Shown here in pieces: positions 25,129 through 31,340 of a stretch of DNA of 31,340 nucleotides. The DNA comes from a virus (taxonomy: Duplodnaviria; Caudoviricetes). Made by a program: the position numbers and the translations under genes. Location: positions 1 through 31,340 of IMG/VR virus record IMGVR_UViG_3300040985_000575. One strand, written 5' to 3'. The notes under the pieces were generated by a model. That model ran no database searches. It was not told the origin of the DNA and was given only the letters and a program-made list of their open reading frames with translations. Every line of letters begins with the position of its first letter. Within the stretch, counting starts at the first letter, position 1.

Positions 25129-25131
25129 ATT

Positions 25132-25782
25132 ATGTTTTTCGTATATCCGTATAAAAGAAAAGAAAATGACTTCTTGATAAACCTATCAATTCGATGTGTC
25201 AAAAAGCACTATCCTGAAGCACGTGTTCTGACCGTTGGCGATACGGTTGAAGGTGTTGCAAATATTCCATTTAAAGACAGTAACAAAATAAAAGGTGCAA
25301 ACGTTACCGCGAAGTGTTTGCACGTCGCCACGCTTCACGATTCATTTGTGTATATGAACGACGACTTTTTTATCAATGATAATTTTGACTTTAGTTTCAC
25401 ACACCGAAGCGTTGAACAATTAGAACGCAAGGAAGGTAAAGCGTCTATTGCATGGCAACAAGCAACCGACAACTCAATGCACTTTCTTCAGGCGAATAAA
25501 TTTGAAGCGGTTTCTTATGAATGTCACCAACCTTGTATTTTTGATTCAAAGAAATTAATTCAGACTTTTAAAAGTATCGACTGGAAAGAACACGACCATT
25601 TTATCAAGTCACTTTATTTTAATATAAACACCCCGCCGAAAGTTAAGGAAGTTCCGAACGTTAAATTGATAAGACCTGAAATATTCAAGGCGCAAAAGTA
25701 CCTTGATTCTTTCGGTTGTTTTTCTGTCGGTCATGGTTTTTTAACGCCTGAAGGTTGCGCATTTATTCAGTCACTTTCTTAA
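25132..25782 (+). CDS. Stealth-family hexose-1-phosphate transferase-like protein
   Basis: SIR...H.P...V..VG, FVYMNDDFF (Stealth CR2) and HQPCIFD (CR3-like) motifs; the only convincing plus-strand gene. Confidence 0.72.
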   Translation: MFFVYPYKRKENDFLINLSIRCVKKHYPEARVLTVGDTVEGVANIPFKDSNKIKGANVTAKCLHVATLHDSFVYMNDDFFINDNFDFSFTHRSVEQLERKEGKASIAWQQATDNSMHFLQANKFEAVSYECHQPCIFDSKKLIQTFKSIDWKEHDHFIKSLYFNINTPPKVKEVPNVKLIRPEIFKAQKYLDSFGCFSVGHGFLTPEGCAFIQSLS

Positions 25783-25958
25783 AATATAATCACTGTTTTT
25801 GCCGTTTTGATTAATTATTCGGAAATCCATTCTAATAGCCTTTAGGTGCGTTCTAATGAACTTTAGTGTTTCGGTAGTATGATAGTATTAAAAAACAGAG
25901 ATAATGGGTCGCCTTGCTATCACTGGTTTATAGAGCCACGAAAATAAAAAGTGAATTT

Positions 25959-28391
25959 TTAGAATGTACTGATTACTTCAATATTTTCAACGTTGTTTTG
26001 TGTTTCTGTGATGTCGGTTTCTGTCACGAAAACTTGAACGGGTTGACCTTGTTCTTGTCCTTGTGAACCGTCTTCATTCAGTGCCGTTGTACTTGCTGAA
26101 GTGTCACCGATACTAAACGACGAAGCACTTGCACCGGGTGAAGCCGACGAAGTTGAAGGTGCTATTGCACCCGCACCACCGCCACCGCCTTCGTATTTTG
26201 TTGAAGCAATTTTCGCAACGTTTGCAATTGCCAAAGCACCGTTTAAAACAGCAAGACCTATGTTCAACGGGAACGGTGAAGCAAGTGCGGATTGTACCGC
26301 CTGAACACCGTTGATAATTGCAGTCACAATTTGAAGTTTCTTGTTTCGTTCAAATGATTTCTTGCGAATCTTTTCTTCTTCAACGGCGTTTCCTTTTGCG
26401 TTGTTCAATTGCGTTTGTGTCACCGCATCATTTAAGGCACTTAATGAACCAAGACCCGACGACACACTTGCAGTATAGTCGGTGAACATTTTCTTTTTCG
26501 CATCGCTTTCTTTCTTCGCGTCGTCTTCTCTTTTCTTGCGCCACTTTTCTTCAATCGCATTCAGTGCAATTTCTTCTTGTTCTTTTAACTGTGACAATAA
26601 AACAACTTTTTCTTCAGCACTTAAAAGTTCATTTTCTGCAAACTGCAACCGCTTCGCATCATAAGACATTTGAAGTGTTTCCTTTTCTTTTTCCGCACCT
26701 ATCACCATTGCATCAATTTTTAACTTTTCTGTTGCAAGAATCATGGCTTGTTCTTTTTGCTTCAGTGCTTCGGCTTTGTCGAAGGCTTGTTTTTTGTACT
26801 TGTTTTCAATATCAAGTTCAGCCTTTGCTTGTGCGTCTTTTAAAACTTGTGATTCTTGACCGAATTCTTCAGCGCGTGAAATCAATTCAAAATACTTTTC
26901 ATTTACTGCATTCAATTCTTTTTGTTGTGCTGACGTTTGCGCTTCTTCTTCGGCTTGTGCAATCATTTCAAGAACTTCATTTCTGAAGGCGATTGCATCA
27001 AGTTCGGCTTGTCGCACTTCCTTTTGTTGTCGTTCGCGTTCTTGTTGTGCCTTTGATTTGCCTGACTTAACCTTCGGCGGTTTCGGTGCGTCCGTTTCAG
27101 GAAGCCCGGCTTCTTTCCTTTTCAGTTTTATTTGTTCTTCAATTGACTTTGACATATTGTCAAGAACGTCCGTTTCTTTTTTGCTTTGTTTAATGCTGAC
27201 GGCTTGTTCTGCGTTGTGTAATTTTCGCGCACCTTCTTCGTCAATTAAACCGACAACCCATGAATTCAAACTTTTATTGCTTTGCGTTTGTGCGTCCGTT
27301 TCTGCCTTGATTTGTTCCTTCATTGCTTCGGTTCGCATTTCTGCAATTGCGTCAAGTTTTGATTTCAACAATACAAGTTCCGCGTTTATTTCAAGTGCTT
27401 CGTTTAGTTCTTCAATAGATACTTTTTCAGCGTCCACGTTTGACAATAGTGCCGGGTATTTGTCTTGAAGTTTCTTCACCGCTTTCACTTTGTCTTCACG
27501 GCTGACAGTTTCGTCATTGATTGTACCTTGCAACTTATCAAGTGCGCTTAATTCTTCGGCACTTGCTTCAATCGCCTTGTCTGTTACTTCGTTACTCAAT
27601 TCTTGTTCGCGTGTTGCACCACCAAGTGCAACCTTTAACTTGTCCCAATTTGCCACAAGCAAACCGATACCAACAACAAGCGCACCGATACCAGTGGCAA
27701 CAAGTGCTTTGCTAAATAACTTACTTGCCTTCGTGCCTTCACCAAGAACGGTGTTCGCCATTTTTTGCGCCGTGATTTGTGCATACGTTTCTTTTGTTCT
27801 TATGCGCATTTGAATTGCCTGAACTTGCATCATGAAAGAACTATCTTTGTTCAATGTATTTCGCAACACTTGAATTGAATTCAAGATTGACATTGAAGCC
27901 TGAAGTTTCATTATCGTCTTCACAAGTTCTTCGTTGTCCTGACCCATTAAAGCGGACACACCTTGAAAGGCTTGAAAACCCGCCATTGCACCCGATGCGC
28001 CTTGTATTGCGCCGTCCATTTTTGCGTAGTCGCTTGAACCTTGTTTCACACGGTTGTTCAAGTCTGTAATTCTGTCCTTTAATGCTGAAGCCTTGTCAAT
28101 TGCCTTTGAACCTACTGGCGATTGCGCACCCGCTTTAAATGCAACAGTCTGATAGTCTTGTATGACTTTCGTCATTTGGCGAACGTCAAGCGTTCCGCTA
28201 TCAATTAGCGCATCAAGTTCTTGAAGTTCTTGTTCGAACTTGTTTATGCCTGAAGTGTCTGAAAGTGTTTTCTTTGTGGTCGTCGCGGTCTTGTTCAAAG
28301 TCTTGAAAGACTTGTCAAGATTCTTCACGTCTTTCACCGCCGAACCACTGTCAACTTTTACACTATAAACCGCCGAACGTTTCCCCGCCAT
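25959..28391 (-). CDS. Tape measure protein
   Basis: 810 aa, Ala/Lys/Glu-rich coiled coil with hydrophobic segments (TGIGALVVGIGLLVANW) and a Gly/Ser-rich C-terminus. Confidence 0.9.
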   Translation of the reverse strand: MAGKRSAVYSVKVDSGSAVKDVKNLDKSFKTLNKTATTTKKTLSDTSGINKFEQELQELDALIDSGTLDVRQMTKVIQDYQTVAFKAGAQSPVGSKAIDKASALKDRITDLNNRVKQGSSDYAKMDGAIQGASGAMAGFQAFQGVSALMGQDNEELVKTIMKLQASMSILNSIQVLRNTLNKDSSFMMQVQAIQMRIRTKETYAQITAQKMANTVLGEGTKASKLFSKALVATGIGALVVGIGLLVANWDKLKVALGGATREQELSNEVTDKAIEASAEELSALDKLQGTINDETVSREDKVKAVKKLQDKYPALLSNVDAEKVSIEELNEALEINAELVLLKSKLDAIAEMRTEAMKEQIKAETDAQTQSNKSLNSWVVGLIDEEGARKLHNAEQAVSIKQSKKETDVLDNMSKSIEEQIKLKRKEAGLPETDAPKPPKVKSGKSKAQQERERQQKEVRQAELDAIAFRNEVLEMIAQAEEEAQTSAQQKELNAVNEKYFELISRAEEFGQESQVLKDAQAKAELDIENKYKKQAFDKAEALKQKEQAMILATEKLKIDAMVIGAEKEKETLQMSYDAKRLQFAENELLSAEEKVVLLSQLKEQEEIALNAIEEKWRKKREDDAKKESDAKKKMFTDYTASVSSGLGSLSALNDAVTQTQLNNAKGNAVEEEKIRKKSFERNKKLQIVTAIINGVQAVQSALASPFPLNIGLAVLNGALAIANVAKIASTKYEGGGGGAGAIAPSTSSASPGASASSFSIGDTSASTTALNEDGSQGQEQGQPVQVFVTETDITETQNNVENIEVISTF

Positions 28392-28394
28392 AAT

Positions 28395-29033
28395 TTAATA
28401 TACTTTATAAAGAACAAAGTTTGCTGAATAGATTTGGTCTTGTGTCTTCGCTTGATTCCATGTCGCAGTAATATCCAAAGTATTTATGATTGTCGTGTCA
28501 ATTGCTTGAACGTCTTGAAAAACATAACCTTCAAGACTTCCAGTGTTGCGATTATAAGCGAAGTTTCCGTTCGTACAGATTGACCCCGTTGCGCCTATTG
28601 TCGCAATGGTGAAGTCAAGTTCACACTCCCAACCAAGTTCAGTGACCGCTTCCAAGTCAATTAAACCCGTACTTGCCAAAGTTGTTGCGCCCGTGTTCAC
28701 ATTGATTGTAATATCGTCACCATTCAATGCCGAAATAACACCGCCTATTTTTGCATGATATGAACTTCCAACTTCAAAGGTGTTCGCCGGTACACTTAAA
28801 GTGCCGACACCCGTGCCAACAATTGACGTTTCAACGGTCGTGTTCGTAAGCGTTGCACTGACAACGGTCTGTGCATAGTAACCGTTATTTGTGGTTGCTT
28901 TCATTTCTGCACCCGTTATTTTACGTGACACAAAACTTGCACCATTCCAAAAGGAAACTTCAAACAAGTCCGCGTCAAAATAAACGCCGTCACTAATTGC
29001 GGTTAATTGACTTATCTTTTTTGTCGTTGCCAT
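28395..29033 (-). CDS. Tail-associated/fibre-like structural protein
   Basis: KKISQLTA N-terminal motif; Thr/Gly-rich beta domain. Confidence 0.6.
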   Translation of the reverse strand: MATTKKISQLTAISDGVYFDADLFEVSFWNGASFVSRKITGAEMKATTNNGYYAQTVVSATLTNTTVETSIVGTGVGTLSVPANTFEVGSSYHAKIGGVISALNGDDITINVNTGATTLASTGLIDLEAVTELGWECELDFTIATIGATGSICTNGNFAYNRNTGSLEGYVFQDVQAIDTTIINTLDITATWNQAKTQDQIYSANFVLYKVY

Positions 29034-29034
29034 T

Positions 29035-29292
29035 CTATAAGTTTATTGGTTCAGTCCATTCAGCCGTAGCCATCAAGGTCAAACATTCTTCGTGCGTCCC
29101 TGACCATGTTACTGTGACGCTTCCATCTGTTATGAATGTCGGTTCATGGTCTGTATACCATTTAATTAAAAATTCAGTTTCATTCACTGACTTTCTAACC
29201 GTGCTTGATGCCGTTTCCATGACTTGTGAAAAGTCTACTTTTGACAAGTCTATTGTCAAGGCGGTTGCGTATGTTCTATTTTCGTAGTGCAT
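29035..29292 (-). CDS. Small protein partnered with the LamG protein (possible fibre chaperone)
   Basis: 85 aa directly downstream of the LamG gene. Confidence 0.55.
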   Translation of the reverse strand: MHYENRTYATALTIDLSKVDFSQVMETASSTVRKSVNETEFLIKWYTDHEPTFITDGSVTVTWSGTHEECLTLMATAEWTEPINL

Positions 29293-29309
29293 AATTATTT
29301 ATTTTGTTT

Positions 29310-30059
29310 TTATGGGACATCACTGACGATATCACCGCTTGTCATGTTTGTCATAGTTCCATCGTTGCCACCGCTTCCATGATCGGTAATTGTTGGGTAC
29401 GTATCTCCGTCACCCATGCGCCACCAACTTAAAGGGCTTAAACTTGAAAGGTCGTCAGGCACACCTGAATTATAAATTGCGCTGACGTTCGCAGTTTCGT
29501 CTGTATTCCAAATTGCCACTTCGTCAATGTTGCCTTCAACATAACCAGCCCAACCATTGGCAAGATAAATGTCGGTTGCTGAAGCACGGTTTGAAAGTGA
29601 AGTACCGCCGTCGTCATAAGTGCCGACTGAAGAACCGTCCAAGTAGACAGTCCAAATATTTGAAGAAGAAGTTCTTGTAATTATTATATTGTACCATGTA
29701 CCAATATTTATTACTGTTGATACTTGATAATTACCATTCACAAACAAGCGCACATTTGTTGTGAGTTGTTGTATTATTAAAAAGGGTGTGCCGTCTGTCA
29801 AGCCATTCGCCCATTGAAGAAACCCTTGTTGTGCTCCCGTAGTACTTGCCTTGAACCACATTGAAATCGTCAAGTTAATATCACCGTCAGCCGAAGCCAA
29901 AACACCGCCCGAAGAAGTGCCGTCAAGTGAAGCAATTACGTAATCATCTACACCATCGAAGACCACGCTTTTTGTGTTTTCAAAAGGTGTCGCACCACCG
30001 CCCGACATACGCAAACGGTTCGCCGTGACGTTCATCCAAGAAACAAAGACCCCCCACAT
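29310..30059 (-). CDS. LamG/ConA-like lectin domain protein (candidate receptor-binding protein)
   Basis: FDGVDDY, TISMWFK, WYNI, YLDG, GNIDEVAIWN and WWRMGDG motifs. Confidence 0.88.
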   Translation of the reverse strand: MWGVFVSWMNVTANRLRMSGGGATPFENTKSVVFDGVDDYVIASLDGTSSGGVLASADGDINLTISMWFKASTTGAQQGFLQWANGLTDGTPFLIIQQLTTNVRLFVNGNYQVSTVINIGTWYNIIITRTSSSNIWTVYLDGSSVGTYDDGGTSLSNRASATDIYLANGWAGYVEGNIDEVAIWNTDETANVSAIYNSGVPDDLSSLSPLSWWRMGDGDTYPTITDHGSGGNDGTMTNMTSGDIVSDVP

Positions 30060-30063
30060 AAAC

Positions 30064-30330
30064 TTAAAGTATTAAGTTCACGATGCCTTGCGAAACTTGA
30101 AGACCTGAAAAGACAGTGTTGTCAGTTGAACGAATGATTGCACCCGCCGGGACTTTGATAGTCGCGTCTTCAATGTAGTCGTCTTTAACATCGACACCGC
30201 CCATTTTTAAAGAAGTGAAAATTGCTTCTTCAAGAACGATTGCCACGTCAAAAGATTTTGTGACTTCGGTCAGCACGTTCACAATGTAAGTGCCTTGTTT
30301 TGCTGATAAGATTTCTTCAGTAGTTGCCAT
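30064..30330 (-). CDS. Small tail-associated protein
   Basis: 88-aa beta-rich ORF in the tail module. Confidence 0.6.
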   Translation of the reverse strand: MATTEEILSAKQGTYIVNVLTEVTKSFDVAIVLEEAIFTSLKMGGVDVKDDYIEDATIKVPAGAIIRSTDNTVFSGLQVSQGIVNLIL

Positions 30331-30346
30331 TTTATTAATTTATTAT

Positions 30347-31340
30347 TTATTCAATTTGTCTGTCTTCAGCACCTTGTTCGGTTTGCCTTTGGTCGTTTGT
30401 TTCCGTTATACGTAATTCATTTAATGAAGGCACTTCATACGGGTCTGAAGGGTAATCGCCTATTGTGTAACTTTGAATACCTTCGCCCTCAATCAAGCGA
30501 ATGAATTCACACATCGTTGAAGTGTTCTTGTTCGCGTCGTAGTTGCTTATTTTTTGAAGTCTATACACAACGCCGTCAATGTTTATAAGGTTCGCAAAGT
30601 CAAGGTTGTTTATGATGTCAGCATTCAGGCGAATTGAACAAGTCAACATCTTGCCGTTCTTGTCAACGATTTCTTTCAAGTACTTTTCATGATAGTCATA
30701 CAAGTTGTTTGTTGTATAGTTCACGCCGACTGGTAGCGAATAGAACACGTATGACGGAAGGTTGAACATCAAGTCAAAGGTTGGTGAATCAATGTCGTCA
30801 AGGTGTCCTACATAAGCGTATTCAGTTTCACTATAAGGCGTGTCGAATTCATCTATATGAATCCAAGCACCCGTCTGCATAGTTCCGACATTGCCCTTCT
30901 TAATTTGTACAATAAACGGTTTGCCTTTCTTCGGTGTGATTTCAGACACACCGCTTTCACTTGTCTTCACCTGAAGGTTTCGCGGAACGGTCAAGTCTGT
31001 TGTTGGTATCGTCGTGAGTATTTTATTGCTGAAAGGAAGTTCTGTCTTTGTCACGCCTTTTGCAAACTGTGAAACATTCACCAAAGTCTTTGCACCATAT
31101 TGTGCCGTCACGTCTTCAAAGTATCGGTTGTTCCAATAGTCTTTATCGTCCTTAAAGCCGAAAGAATATTCTTTTGATGCAATGTTCAGTGTCGGTGTCA
31201 CCTTAAATTCTTTTGAATAGTCTACAAGTTCAGACCAATTCAAAGCATCATTTGACGGATTGTAAAACGTTGACAACGGTTCAATGATAACGGTCTTATC
31301 ATTGTCAGGGTCGTCCATCATATAAAGGTTGAACATATTC
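30347..31340 (-). CDS. 3' part of the 804-aa tail protein spanning the junction
   Basis: In frame with 1..1520 across the terminal repeat; C-terminal LDF...I.IDGVVYRLQKI motif. Confidence 0.85.
   Translation of the reverse strand, partial: NMFNLYMMDDPDNDKTVIIEPLSTFYNPSNDALNWSELVDYSKEFKVTPTLNIASKEYSFGFKDDKDYWNNRYFEDVTAQYGAKTLVNVSQFAKGVTKTELPFSNKILTTIPTTDLTVPRNLQVKTSESGVSEITPKKGKPFIVQIKKGNVGTMQTGAWIHIDEFDTPYSETEYAYVGHLDDIDSPTFDLMFNLPSYVFYSLPVGVNYTTNNLYDYHEKYLKEIVDKNGKMLTCSIRLNADIINNLDFANLINIDGVVYRLQKISNYDANKNTSTMCEFIRLIEGEGIQSYTIGDYPSDPYEVPSLNELRITETNDQRQTEQGAEDRQIE
30460..30479 (-). promoter_or_regulatory. Putative late promoter TATTC-AAAGTTAC-ACAATAG
   Basis: Motif copy inside the 3' end of the tail gene, about 130 nt before ATG 30330. 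Confidence 0.65.
31242..31339. repeat. Terminal direct repeat, right copy
   Basis: Identical to 1-98. Confidence 0.97.

Noticed and set aside
28395-30330. Diversity-generating retroelement or invertible tail-fibre cassette
   Set aside because: No reverse transcriptase, invertase, template/variable repeat pair or flanking inverted repeats seen.
918-31072. Numerous plus-strand ORFs of 60-140 aa in the ORF track
   Set aside because: They are antisense shadows of well-supported minus-strand genes and lack recognisable motifs; only 25132..25782 has its own space and a family signature.
1-31340. Stop-codon reassignment (as in some crAss-like Bacteroidota phages)
   Set aside because: Genes tile densely under the standard code, and TAG, TGA and TAA all end genes at sensible boundaries.
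1-31340. tRNA or other standard RNA genes
   Set aside because: No cloverleaf or T-loop signature noticed in the few intergenic gaps; not checked computationally.

Overview
The window looks like a complete, circularly assembled tailed-phage genome of about 31,241 bp: bases 31242-31339 repeat bases 1-98, and one 804-aa gene runs across the join. Nearly all genes are on the minus strand. The host is probably Bacteroidota (Flavobacteria-like), inferred from A-rich leaders without Shine-Dalgarno sites, TAnnTTTG-type promoter boxes and the structural gene set. The morphology is siphovirus-like: XkdF-type protease, scaffold, capsid, tail tube, portal, 810-aa tape measure and a LamG receptor-binding protein. 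Replication and recombination are lambda-style (initiator with internal iterons, DnaB-like helicase, ERF, RusA, DnaA-C-domain protein). I recognise no polymerase or integrase. Features the ORF track misses: (1) a bipartite motif TAWWC-A-N7-ACAATAG found 7 times, all in the late region and four times exactly 2 nt before an ATG, probably the promoter of the phage's own sigma-like factor; (2) a -1 frameshifting tail chaperone far from the tape measure gene; (3) a 40-aa peptide resembling ArfA; (4) an Arc/RHH repressor and several tiny membrane ORFs; (5) a Stealth-family phosphotransferase as the only plus-strand gene, plus a GT2-like glycosyltransferase; (6) strong apparent avoidance of GAG/CTC, GATC, AGCT, GGCC and CTAG. 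All family calls come from motif recognition by eye, not from database searches.
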